In this document: piece by piece, positions 1 through 8,792 of the stretch
Numbering within the stretch: position 1 is the stretch's first letter
Layout: each line of letters opens with the position of its first letter
Assembly: GCA_038213435.1 (NCBI GenBank)
Contig: JBBQTI010000003.1
Location: forward strand, 77,269 to 141,268
Direction of reading: 5' to 3'
DNA length: 64,000 nt
From: Acidimicrobiia bacterium
GTDB taxonomy: Bacteria > Actinomycetota > Acidimicrobiia > IMCC26256 > PALSA-610
Made by a program: the position numbers and the translations under genes
Notes under the pieces: model-generated
What the model saw: only the letters and a program-made list of their open reading frames with translations
Databases searched by the model: none
Told to the model about the DNA's origin: nothing

Positions 1-2544
1 GAGCGGCACTTCGACCGCGTCGGTCGCGGCGCCGGGCATCCCGAACGCGAGCTCGGTCGCGAGCGTCCGGGCGACGCCCTTGGCCCGGTACGCCTCGTCG
101 GCGCCGAGGAACGCATCGAGATCGCCGAGAATCACGCGCCGGTCGCGCTGCCAGAAGAGACGGCGACCGGTCACCCCCCGCGCCTCGGCGTCGGCGAACT
201 GCTCCTCCGCGATCGCGTGCATTCGCGCTCGGTCGACACCGGTCCACGGGCGGCCCGCGCCGACGTGTTCTCGAGCCTCGTCGAGGAAGCGGTCGAGCAC
301 GGTGTGCACGAGACTCCCCCGATCGAGGGGCGCGAGCTGCATGATGTCTTCCGGGCGCTCGACGGGCTCGACGTACAGCACGTTCTGCATGTAGTACGCG
401 TGCGGGCACGCCGCCCACAGCTCGAGGCGCGTCGGTGAGGTCACGCGACCGTCGACCGAGGGGCTAATGACGCGGAGCGCGCCGGCGAGGTGCCCGAGGT
501 TGCCGTCGAAGCGGGTGAACGCGGTGCCGCGGCGCGCGGCGATGAGCTCGAGCGCCTGCGCCGCGGCCGGCCGCGCCGCCACCCAGGTCTCGCCCCCGAC
601 CGCGGCCCGCACCTCGAGCTCGTGCCGGTTCGCCGGGAACGCGACATGCGTCGCGCCGTAGGCGTACGAGGCAATCGACATAACTTCAGTCCCCACGGCG
701 GTAATCGTCGCGGGGAGGAAACGCGACGGAACGTGCTCGGTGCTGCGCCGCAGATCGCCGCGGGGGTAGGTGCAGACGCGCGCGCCCGTGGTCGATGCGA
801 GCGCCGCGAGCAGCGCGCGTTCGTCGTCGGCGGTGCGGTCGGCCCGCAACCGCAGCTCGCCGCCGAGCGCGGCGCGTTCACGGTCGCCGAGGAGCGGATC
901 GTCTCTCGGAACCGACGGGAACAGGCCCTCTGCCAGCCCGCACACCCATAGTCGATCCAGGTCGACACCGAGCGCCATCCCGACCGGTCCGACGAGCACA
1001 CCGTCGCCGAGACTGCCGACGCGATCACGCGCCGCGTCGAGCTCGAGCTCGAACGTGCGCCGGAAGACGTCGATGGTCGGCGCCGGGTCGATCGCGTCGA
1101 GCGTGCCGAGACGGTCGAGCACGGCTTCGACCCGGCGCGCCGCGACCCTCTCGAACGGTGGCCACGAATCGCGCCGGGCCTCGTCGCCGAAGAACCGGCG
1201 CACGAGCCGGTGCGCGAAGCGGGCCAGGCCGCTCCAGGTGTGCGGCAGCCGGACGGGATCGAGGTCGGCCGCGAGGGTCGCGACGAACTCCCCCAGCGCG
1301 CCAATCTGCGCGCGGTCGCGCGCACCTCGCTCGTTGTCGGGAAGCGTCGACCCGTACGCGTCGAGACGCGTCCGCCACTCGTCGATCCCGCGCACGATCC
1401 CGGCCTGGCGCGACAGACGTTCCCACCTCGCCGCGGGGACCGCGCGGCGACCGTCGAGCACCGGCGCGGCTGCGAACAGACCGCAGACGTCGTCGCGCGC
1501 GAAGTCGGTGTCGACGAGGGCGAACATGCGCAGGAGCCCGCGGCCGAGGACGGAGTCCGACATCGTTCGGGTCGTCGCGCCGTTGTGCGCGATCTCAGCG
1601 AGGTCGAAGTGCTCGTGCAGCAGTCGGGCGTACGGCTCGTCGGAGGCGTACAACACTGCCATGCGCTCGAGCGGCACGCCCGCGCGCATGGCGTCGACCA
1701 CATCGCGCGCGATCGCGCGTACCTCGTCGTCGGGGTCGGAGGCAGTCCACAGTTCCGTCCCCGTGGCCGGCGCGATGCCGGCTTCCGCCGGGTGAGTGAC
1801 CCGCCCGCCGACCCGACGCAGGCTCGCGGCTACCTTTTCGTCGGCCGGTGCGGCACCGGTGAGGCCGACGATGATCTCGAGCTCCGTCCGCTCGGCGATC
1901 TCCTGGAGGAGGCGGGCCGCGGGCGCGGCCCAGTGTTGCGGAAGGAAGCAAACGAGGGTGCCGAGCTCGCGGACGAGAGGTCGCCCGGCGACCACCGCGT
2001 CGGTCGCGACGCGCATCAGGTCGTGCTCGTCGTACCAGGCGCGCTCGAGGAGCGACTTCGTGGCGCGATGCAACCGGACGACCTCACGCGCCCGCGGATG
2101 CTGCGCGGCAAGTACGTCGAGCTGGGCGGCGTCGAGGTCGGAGAGCTCTCGGTGCGCGGCCACGAGCGCTTCCTCGGTGGCCGGGTGCTCCGCGACGGGC
2201 GCGAACAGGCCGGGGGCGCCCGCCAGCGCGCGGCGTACCGCCGACGCGACGACTGGGGTCGACACCGGGCGCCGGCCCGCGGCCGCGAGCTCGGCCGCGC
2301 CGAGCAATTCCGCGAGCCGGTAGACGGTGAGGAACGTCACGCCGACGACGCCCCGCCCGACCTCGGTCACCGCGCCGAGGTCACCCGACGCGAGCCGGCG
2401 GCGGGCCGAGACGCCGACCGAATTCGTCGGCACCACAACGGTCACCGGCGCGAGCGCGTCGGATCGCTTGGCGCGGGCGACGGCGTCGCGCAAGGCCTGC
2501 GACGCGGGGCGCCCGTAGGCGGTCGGCACGACGGTGATCGGCAC
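1..2544 (-). CDS. RecB-like PD-(D/E)XK nuclease / helicase-like subunit (AdnA/AddB-like); 3' end lies beyond the left window edge
   Basis: Not in the ORF track because the frame has no stop inside the window. My minus-strand translation (codons whose upper coordinate is divisible by 3) is open from 2544 to 1 with high GC3. It starts at GTG 2544: (M)PITVVPTAYGRPASQALRDAVARAKRSDALAPVTVVVPTNSVGV. Near 250-450 it reads TSPTRLELWAACPHAYYMQNVLYVEP...LDRGSLVHTVLDRFL, which is typical of the nuclease end of AddB/AdnA-type proteins. Confidence 0.6.
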   Translation of the reverse strand, partial: MPITVVPTAYGRPASQALRDAVARAKRSDALAPVTVVVPTNSVGVSARRRLASGDLGAVTEVGRGVVGVTFLTVYRLAELLGAAELAAAGRRPVSTPVVASAVRRALAGAPGLFAPVAEHPATEEALVAAHRELSDLDAAQLDVLAAQHPRAREVVRLHRATKSLLERAWYDEHDLMRVATDAVVAGRPLVRELGTLVCFLPQHWAAPAARLLQEIAERTELEIIVGLTGAAPADEKVAASLRRVGGRVTHPAEAGIAPATGTELWTASDPDDEVRAIARDVVDAMRAGVPLERMAVLYASDEPYARLLHEHFDLAEIAHNGATTRTMSDSVLGRGLLRMFALVDTDFARDDVCGLFAAAPVLDGRRAVPAARWERLSRQAGIVRGIDEWRTRLDAYGSTLPDNERGARDRAQIGALGEFVATLAADLDPVRLPHTWSGLARFAHRLVRRFFGDEARRDSWPPFERVAARRVEAVLDRLGTLDAIDPAPTIDVFRRTFELELDAARDRVGSLGDGVLVGPVGMALGVDLDRLWVCGLAEGLFPSVPRDDPLLGDRERAALGGELRLRADRTADDERALLAALASTTGARVCTYPRGDLRRSTEHVPSRFLPATITAVGTEVMSIASYAYGATHVAFPANRHELEVRAAVGGETWVAARPAAAQALELIAARRGTAFTRFDGNLGHLAGALRVISPSVDGRVTSPTRLELWAACPHAYYMQNVLYVEPVERPEDIMQLAPLDRGSLVHTVLDRFLDEAREHVGAGRPWTGVDRARMHAIAEEQFADAEARGVTGRRLFWQRDRRVILGDLDAFLGADEAYRAKGVARTLATELAFGMPGAATDAVEVPL

Positions 2545-2578
2545 CGGCGGATCGTACGGCGGCCCTGAGACACTCCGC

Positions 2579-3277
2579 TCAGGGCGCGAGGGTGCGTCGG
2601 AAGAAGTCGACCGCGAGTTGGATCGCCTCCGGCGGAATGTCGGCGTGCGTTCCCGCCCACAGGCCCATGCGCTTGGGTCCGGGAATCGACTCGAGGACCT
2701 CGATCGCGCCGTCGATCGGGAAGTGCTCGTCGCGCGTCATGTTGAGCATGAGCACCTCGCGGCCGCCGAGCCGCCGCACCCCGGAGCGGATCAAGTCGTC
2801 ACGGACTTCGTCGTGCACGAGGCCACCGAGAGCGAAGACGGCCGAGCCCACCGACGCGAGATCGGCCACGATCGCGAGCCCGAACATCGCGCCCATCGAG
2901 AATCCGGCGTAGCCCGTCGGTCCGGTAACGCGCCCGTCGGTGGCGCGCGCCGCGCCGCAGACGGCGCGCCAATCCGCGGCCAGCTGCGCGTAGTTCTCGG
3001 GATCCGACATGCGCCGCGCGATGTCCGCCTCGAACCGGTCGTCGGTGACCTCGGATCCGCGCCGCTCTCCGTGACCGGGGCAATCCATCAAGGCGACCGC
3101 GGCCGGAACGCCTCGACAGAACCCCTTCGCGATCATCTGCATGACGGGATCGTCCTTCGACAGGTGCGCGCCGTGGCCGAACAGGATCAACGGCAGTGTC
3201 TCGTGATCGCCGGGTGGCACGAACAGCAGCGTCGGTGGCGTCCGGTCATCGGCGAGACGCAGGGGCAGCAGCGGCAT
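2579..3277 (-). CDS. alpha/beta hydrolase (232 aa)
   Basis: Only the last 232 codons of the 1075-aa track ORF 2579..5806 look like protein. ATG at 3277 (MPLLPLRLADD...). Nucleophile elbow GFSMGA and an HG oxyanion region (LFGHGAH). The rest of that ORF is antisense to real plus-strand genes. Confidence 0.8.
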   Translation of the reverse strand: MPLLPLRLADDRTPPTLLFVPPGDHETLPLILFGHGAHLSKDDPVMQMIAKGFCRGVPAAVALMDCPGHGERRGSEVTDDRFEADIARRMSDPENYAQLAADWRAVCGAARATDGRVTGPTGYAGFSMGAMFGLAIVADLASVGSAVFALGGLVHDEVRDDLIRSGVRRLGGREVLMLNMTRDEHFPIDGAIEVLESIPGPKRMGLWAGTHADIPPEAIQLAVDFFRRTLAP

Positions 3278-3343
3278 GACATGCAGTCGAGCACACGCGT
3301 ACCCTGCCCACCAGACCGGGTCCAACAGACCAAAGAGGGCGAC

Positions 3344-4879
3344 ATGCGTGTACCGCTGACCGTACGCGATTTCATCGAGCGCGCCGAGCTCGTCTATGGC
3401 GATCGCGTCGGTGTCGTCGATGAACCGGACCAGCCGGCCGAGTCGCTCGGCGAGCTGACGTGGGCGCAGGTCGCGCAGCTCGCGCGCGCCCAGGCCGCGG
3501 GTCTCGACGCGCTCGGCGTCGCGCCGGGTGAGCGCGTCGCGATCGTCTCGCACAACTCCGCGCGACTCCTGACCTCGTTCTTCGGCGTATCGGCGTACGG
3601 ACGCGTGCTCGTGCCGATCAACTTCCGCCTGAACGCCGAGGAGATCGGATACATCGTCGAGCACTCGGGCGCGTCGGTCCTGCTCGTCGATCCCGAGCTC
3701 GACGAATCGCTCTCGGCTGTCACCGCACGGCATCGTTTCGTCCTCGGCAGATCGGCCGATGACGCGTTGTCGAGGTTCGACGCCGAGCCCGAACCGTGGA
3801 TCCCCGACGAGGACGCCACGGGCACGATCAACTACACCAGTGGAACCACCGCGCGGCCGAAAGGCGTCCAGCTCACGCACCGCACCCTGTGGATCAACGC
3901 CACCACCTTCGGTTGGCAAACCGGCGTGAGCGATCGCGACGTCTACTTGTGGACGCTGCCCATGTTCCATTGCAACGGCTGGGGGATGTCGTACGCGATC
4001 TCGGGCATGGGCGGCCGGCACGTCGTGCTGCGGAAGGTCGACGGCGCCGAGATCCTCCGCCGCGTCGAACGTCACGGCGTGACGCTCCTGTGCGGCGCGC
4101 CCGCCGTGGTGGCCTCGATCCTCGACGCCGCGTCGCGTTGGCCCGGCCCGATTCCCGGACGCGACCGCGTGCGCATGGTCGTCGCCGGCGCGCCGCCGCC
4201 GACTCGGCTGATCGAGCAAATGGAGACCGAGCTCGGGTGGGAGTTCATCCAGATCTACGGTCTCACGGAGACTGCGCCGCTGCTCACGATGTCGCGCGGT
4301 CGCGTCGAATGGGACGCGCTCTCTCCCGCGGCGCGTGCGCAGAAGCTCGGACGCGCGGGCGCGCCGGCGCTGGGCGTGCGCCTGGACATCAGCGACCAAG
4401 GTGAGGTGCTCGCCCGTTCGAACGTCGTGCTCGAGGGTTACTGGGAACAGCCCGAGGCGACCGGGGACGCGCTCGCGGGTGGGTGGTTCCACACCGGCGA
4501 CGGTGGCACGATCGACGACGACAACTACCTGACGATCAGCGACCGGAAGAAGGACGTGATCATCTCCGGCGGGGAGAACGTCAGCTCGATCGAGGTCGAG
4601 GACTGCCTCTACCAACACCCGGGCGTCGCCGAGGCGTGCGTGATCGGAGTGCCCCACGAGAAGTGGGGCGAAACCGTGAAGGCGCTCGTCGTCCTCAAGC
4701 CGGGAAGCGACGTGACGCCGGCCGACCTGATCGCGCACTGTCGCGAGAACCTCACGCACTTCAAGTGCCCCACGTCGGTGGAATTCTGTTCCGAGTTCGC
4801 CCGCACGTCGACGGGCAAGCTCCAGAAGTTCAAGATCCGGGCGCCGTACTGGGAGGGCCGGACGCGCCAGGTCAACTGA
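3344..4879 (+). CDS. AMP-dependent acyl-CoA synthetase/ligase (511 aa)
   Basis: Internal ATG 3344 of track ORF 2534..4879, preceded by AAAGAGGG. Motifs YTSGTTARPKGV, GYWEQPEAT, DRKKDVIISGGENV. The upstream 270 codons are Arg/His-rich antisense of the hydrolase gene. Confidence 0.9.
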   Translation: MRVPLTVRDFIERAELVYGDRVGVVDEPDQPAESLGELTWAQVAQLARAQAAGLDALGVAPGERVAIVSHNSARLLTSFFGVSAYGRVLVPINFRLNAEEIGYIVEHSGASVLLVDPELDESLSAVTARHRFVLGRSADDALSRFDAEPEPWIPDEDATGTINYTSGTTARPKGVQLTHRTLWINATTFGWQTGVSDRDVYLWTLPMFHCNGWGMSYAISGMGGRHVVLRKVDGAEILRRVERHGVTLLCGAPAVVASILDAASRWPGPIPGRDRVRMVVAGAPPPTRLIEQMETELGWEFIQIYGLTETAPLLTMSRGRVEWDALSPAARAQKLGRAGAPALGVRLDISDQGEVLARSNVVLEGYWEQPEATGDALAGGWFHTGDGGTIDDDNYLTISDRKKDVIISGGENVSSIEVEDCLYQHPGVAEACVIGVPHEKWGETVKALVVLKPGSDVTPADLIAHCRENLTHFKCPTSVEFCSEFARTSTGKLQKFKIRAPYWEGRTRQVN

Positions 4880-4972
4880 GTCGAATTTTTCTCTTCCTAA
4901 CCCTGCCCACAGGAGACTCTCAAGCCAATTCGCAACCGTAGAGGCCTGACTGCGCTCCCCTACACCGCGCCC

Positions 4973-6334
4973 GTGACCCCCGCGACCCCGTTCGGGCGGG
5001 GCGGACGCGACTCGCTCGTCGCGCCCGCCCGAGTCGTCGCGTGGGTCGGCGCCGTCGGCGTCGCCGTCACCGTCGGCCTCTGGATCCGCCACGGCGGATT
5101 CACGGAAGCGACCGGGCCCGGCGGGCTCGCGACGGCCATCGGGCAACTCACCGCGTTGCTCGGAACGTACGCCGTGCTCGCGCAGCTGCTGCTGATGTCG
5201 CGCATCGTGTGGCTCGAACGCGCGATCGGCCTCGATCGTCTCGCGGTGTGGCACCGCTGGACCGGATTCGCGACGGTGTGGTTCCTGGTCGGGCATGTCG
5301 TCTTCACGACCGTGGGCTACGCGCAGGGCGATCACGTTTCGCTGTGGGCGCAGACGCGCGATTTCGTGTCGCACTATCCCGACGTCCTCATGGCATGGGT
5401 GGGCTTCGTGATGTTCATCGCGGTGGGCGTCACGTCCGTACAGATCGCGCGACGCAAGCTGCAGCGCCAGACGTGGTACTTCATCCATCTGTACGCGTAC
5501 CTCGCGATCGCGCTCACGTTCGCCCACCAGCTCGCCGTCGGCACCGATTTCAGCAACGACCGCGCGGCACGCGCCTGGTGGATCGTCCTCTACCTCGTCA
5601 CGTTCGGCTCGATCCTGTGGTGGCGCGTGATCGAGCCGTGGCGTCTCAATCTTCGCCACGATCTCCGCGTGCATTCGGTGAAGCGCGAGGCGCCGGGTGT
5701 CGTGTCGATCCAGGTACGCGGTCGCGATCTCGACCGAATCGACGCGCAGCCCGGCCAGTTCTTCCTGTGGAGGTTCATCACACCGACCGGATGGTTTCAG
5801 GCGCACCCGTTCTCGCTGTCAGCCGCGCCGAGGAACAACCGTCTCCGCATCACGGTGAAGAATCTCGGCGACCATTCCGCCCGTCTGCAGCGCATCCGTC
5901 CGGGCGTGCGCGTGCTCGCCGAAGGCCCGTACGGCACGTTCACAGCCGATCGTCGCACCCGCCGGCGCGTGTTGCTGATCGCGGGCGGCATCGGCATCAC
6001 TCCCCTGCGCGCCTTGCTGGAAACCTTCGGCCCCGACGACGACGTCGTGTTGCTGTACCGCGTCGCCTCAGCCGACGACACCGTATTCGGCGACGAGCTG
6101 CGGCAGTTCGCCGGCACGCGCAACATGCGGATCCACGTGATCGCGGGCAACGAGATCGGCGACGACCGGACCGACCTCCTCGGCGTACCGAACATGCAGC
6201 GCGGCGTCCCCGACATCGCGACCCGCGACTGCTTCGTCTGCGGACCGCCCGCATTCCTCGACGCGCTGACGCGACGCCTCGCGATACTCGGCGTTCCTCG
6301 ACAACAGATCCACTACGAACGATTCCAGCTCTAG
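4973..6334 (+). CDS. ferric-reductase-like transmembrane domain fused to FAD/NAD(P)H-binding oxidoreductase (NOX/FRE-type)
   Basis: 453-aa ORF with a multi-helix N-terminal half containing His-bearing helices (HRWTGF, HLYAYLAIALTFAHQL). Then the FAD motif AHPFSLS and the NAD(P)H motif LLIAGGIGITPL. Confidence 0.85.
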   Translation: MTPATPFGRGGRDSLVAPARVVAWVGAVGVAVTVGLWIRHGGFTEATGPGGLATAIGQLTALLGTYAVLAQLLLMSRIVWLERAIGLDRLAVWHRWTGFATVWFLVGHVVFTTVGYAQGDHVSLWAQTRDFVSHYPDVLMAWVGFVMFIAVGVTSVQIARRKLQRQTWYFIHLYAYLAIALTFAHQLAVGTDFSNDRAARAWWIVLYLVTFGSILWWRVIEPWRLNLRHDLRVHSVKREAPGVVSIQVRGRDLDRIDAQPGQFFLWRFITPTGWFQAHPFSLSAAPRNNRLRITVKNLGDHSARLQRIRPGVRVLAEGPYGTFTADRRTRRRVLLIAGGIGITPLRALLETFGPDDDVVLLYRVASADDTVFGDELRQFAGTRNMRIHVIAGNEIGDDRTDLLGVPNMQRGVPDIATRDCFVCGPPAFLDALTRRLAILGVPRQQIHYERFQL

Positions 6335-6361
6335 GAGCAGCTCCAGCCACATGGACCGATC

Positions 6362-6883
6362 ATGAGACGCGCCTTCCCCGCCGTCATCGTCACCCTCATC
6401 GGGTTGGGCGCGCTCGCCTCGTTCAAGTCGTCGCCCGGGGTGCCGGGCAAGTCGGCGTCCGCGCTCCACCTGAAGCGGTCGAGCGCGGTCGGCGCGGCCC
6501 CGCCTCGTAGCACCACGACCACCGCGCCACCGGCGTCCGGCTCGGCGCCCACCGTTGGGGGCACGAGCCCCGCCACCGGAACGACACCGACCACACGTGC
6601 CGGCGCGGTCCGCACGGTCGACGGCGACCCGTTCGCCAACCAGTACGGGACGGTCCAGGTGCGGGTGACCCTCCGGGGAACGCAGATCACCGGGCTCACC
6701 GCACTCCAGATGCCCTTCGACCGTCAGCGCTCCGCCGAGATCAGTCAGCAGGCGGAACCGCTCCTGCAACAGGAAGCGCTGCAGGCGCAGAGCGCGCAGA
6801 TCGACATCATCGGCGGCGCTTCGTACACCAGCCAGAGCTACGCGCAGTCGCTGCAGAGCGCGCTCGACAAAGCCGGCCGCTAG
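6362..6883 (+). CDS. membrane-anchored/secreted FMN-binding domain protein (flavinylation substrate type)
   Basis: 173 aa. MRRAF followed by a hydrophobic helix, a Pro/Thr/Ser-rich linker, then an FMN_bind-like C-terminal domain ending QIDIIGGASYTSQSYAQSLQSAL (flavinylation-type motif). Lies 27 bp after the reductase gene. Confidence 0.8.
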   Translation: MRRAFPAVIVTLIGLGALASFKSSPGVPGKSASALHLKRSSAVGAAPPRSTTTTAPPASGSAPTVGGTSPATGTTPTTRAGAVRTVDGDPFANQYGTVQVRVTLRGTQITGLTALQMPFDRQRSAEISQQAEPLLQQEALQAQSAQIDIIGGASYTSQSYAQSLQSALDKAGR

Positions 6884-6905
6884 TCCGAGGCTTTCTACGC
6901 AGTCG

Positions 6906-7730
6906 GTGCGCCGAGTCGTCGAGCAGTGGGGAACAGTCATCAGCGTCGACGTGCGCCGTTTCGCCGACGAGCCGCCGATCGACGAGCGCGCGATCGACGC
7001 GTGTTTCTCGTGGTTCGCACGCGTCGACGAACTGTTCAGCACGTGGCGCCCCGGCACGGAGATCATGCGGATCGCGCGCGGTGAGCTCGCGATCGAAGAA
7101 GCCAGCCCGGAGGTCCGAACCGTGCTCGACCTGTGCGAGCAGGTACGACTCGAGTCCGACGGTGCGTTCGACATCACGTTCGGCACGCGCGCGAAGGTCG
7201 AGCCGCGGCCCGGGCTCGCGCCGCTCGACCCCTCGGGCCTCGTAAAAGGCTGGGCCGTTGCGCGCGGCGGCGACCTCCTGCGCGAAGCCGGCGCGTCGAA
7301 CTTCTTCATCAACGCGGGCGGCGACGTGCTGACGCGGGGGCGCGCCACCGGTGACGAGGCCAACGGCGACGAGGCCAACAGTGACCGTCCCGACGGATGG
7401 CGCCTCGGGATACAACACCCCTGGGTGCGGGACCGGGTCGCGGGCGTGCTCATGGTCACCGACGCGGCGATCGCGACTTCCGGCCGCTACGAGCGCGGCG
7501 ACCACGTCGTCGACCCGCGTACGGGCTTGCCGGCGATCGGGCTCGCGTCGGTCACGGTCGTCGGGCCCGACCTCGCGATCGCCGACGCCTACGCGACCGC
7601 GGCCGTCGTCCTCGGGCCCGGTGCCGGTATGCGCTGGCTCGCGACGCGTGCCGGATACGAAGCGATGGGCATCACCGACGACCGAGCGGTCCTGCTGACG
7701 CCAGGGTTCGACCGCTACCGCGTGTCGTAA
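6906..7730 (+). CDS. apbE: FAD:protein FMN transferase, ApbE family
   Basis: 274 aa with a GTG start. ApbE-like blocks: GAFDITFG, DPSGLVKGWA, FINAGGDV, AIATSGRYERG..HVVDPRTG, IADAYATA. There is no hydrophobic N-terminus or lipobox. Confidence 0.85.
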   Translation: MRRVVEQWGTVISVDVRRFADEPPIDERAIDACFSWFARVDELFSTWRPGTEIMRIARGELAIEEASPEVRTVLDLCEQVRLESDGAFDITFGTRAKVEPRPGLAPLDPSGLVKGWAVARGGDLLREAGASNFFINAGGDVLTRGRATGDEANGDEANSDRPDGWRLGIQHPWVRDRVAGVLMVTDAAIATSGRYERGDHVVDPRTGLPAIGLASVTVVGPDLAIADAYATAAVVLGPGAGMRWLATRAGYEAMGITDDRAVLLTPGFDRYRVS

Positions 7731-7739
7731 GGTGCGCAC

Positions 7740-8792
7740 GTGTTGCTCGGACTTGCTCTCGACGCGTGGTCGGGCGCCGACGTCACGCTCCCCGTCGCAC
7801 GCGTGCAGCTCGCGGAACGCCTCGGGTACGACTCCGTCTGGACGGCCGAGGCCTACGGCGCCGACGCGCTGACCCCGCTCGCGTATCTCGCGGCCTCGAC
7901 CAGCCGGATCAAGCTCGCGACCGGTGTCGTCCAGATCTCCGCCCGCACGCCGGCGGCCACCGCGATGGCGTTCGCAACGCTCGAGGCCCTCGCCGGGCCC
8001 GGGCGCGTGATCGCGGGCCTCGGCCTGTCGGGCCCGCAGATCGTCGAGGGGTGGTACGGCCAGCCGTGGGCGAAACCGATCGCGCGCACACGCGACTACA
8101 TCGCCATCATGCGCAAGATCTTCCGGCGCGAAGCGCCGGTCGCGCACGAGGGCCGCGCGATCTCTCTGCCGTACGCCGGTGCCGACGCGACCGGTTTGGG
8201 CAAACCGCTGCGCTCGATCCTCCATCCCAACCCCTTGCTGCCGATCTATCTCGCGGCCGGCGGTCCCGCGAACGTCGCGCTCGCCGGTGAGGTCGCCGAC
8301 GGCTGGATCCCCATGGGTCTCTCCCCCGCCAACGCATCGGAGTTCCGCGCCACCTTGGAGAAGGGTGCGGCGCGCTCGGGCCGCTCGCTCGACACGTTCG
8401 CGATCCACGCGTCGGCCACCGTTCACCTGACCGACGACGTGGCCGCCACGATCGCGGCGATGAAACCCCGCGTCGCGTTGTACGTCGGCGGGATGGGCGC
8501 GCGCGTCCACAACTTCCACAAGGATGCAATGGTTCGCCGCGGCTACGCCGAGGCGGCCGAGCGGATCCAGGAGCTGTTTCTCGCGGGCCGGCGCGACGAC
8601 GCGACGACCGCCGTTCCCGACGAGTACGTCGACGAGGGCGCGTTGCTGGGCTCCCCCGACCGCATCGCGACGCGGTTCGTCCCGTGGACCGAGTGCGGCG
8701 TCACGGGTCTGACGATCCACGCCCATCGAGACGATGAGATCGAGCTCATGGCCGACCTCGCCCAGCCGTCGAGACAAGGGAGCACGACGTGA
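7740..8792 (+). CDS. LLM-class (luciferase-like) F420-dependent oxidoreductase
   Basis: 350 aa with a typical LLM fold signature (AERLGYDSVWTAEAYGADALT, RVIAGLGLSGPQIVEGWYG, TRDYIAIMRKIF). The stop overlaps the next start (GTGA). Confidence 0.85.
   Translation: MLLGLALDAWSGADVTLPVARVQLAERLGYDSVWTAEAYGADALTPLAYLAASTSRIKLATGVVQISARTPAATAMAFATLEALAGPGRVIAGLGLSGPQIVEGWYGQPWAKPIARTRDYIAIMRKIFRREAPVAHEGRAISLPYAGADATGLGKPLRSILHPNPLLPIYLAAGGPANVALAGEVADGWIPMGLSPANASEFRATLEKGAARSGRSLDTFAIHASATVHLTDDVAATIAAMKPRVALYVGGMGARVHNFHKDAMVRRGYAEAAERIQELFLAGRRDDATTAVPDEYVDEGALLGSPDRIATRFVPWTECGVTGLTIHAHRDDEIELMADLAQPSRQGSTT

Noticed and set aside
2579-5806. 1075-aa minus-strand ORF, the longest in the left part of the window.
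   Set aside because: Only its last 232 codons (2579-3277) look like protein. The rest is Arg/Ala/Asp/His-rich and antisense to well-supported plus-strand genes (acyl-CoA ligase, ferric reductase). This is a typical long spurious ORF of a 70% GC genome.
7350-7379. 15-bp x2 tandem duplication inside apbE (GGTGACGAGGCCAAC GGCGACGAGGCCAAC, giving GDEAN GDEAN).
   Set aside because: It is real in the sequence but in-frame and located in an apparently surface-exposed acidic loop. It is most simply a neutral slippage insertion and is not at an initiation region.
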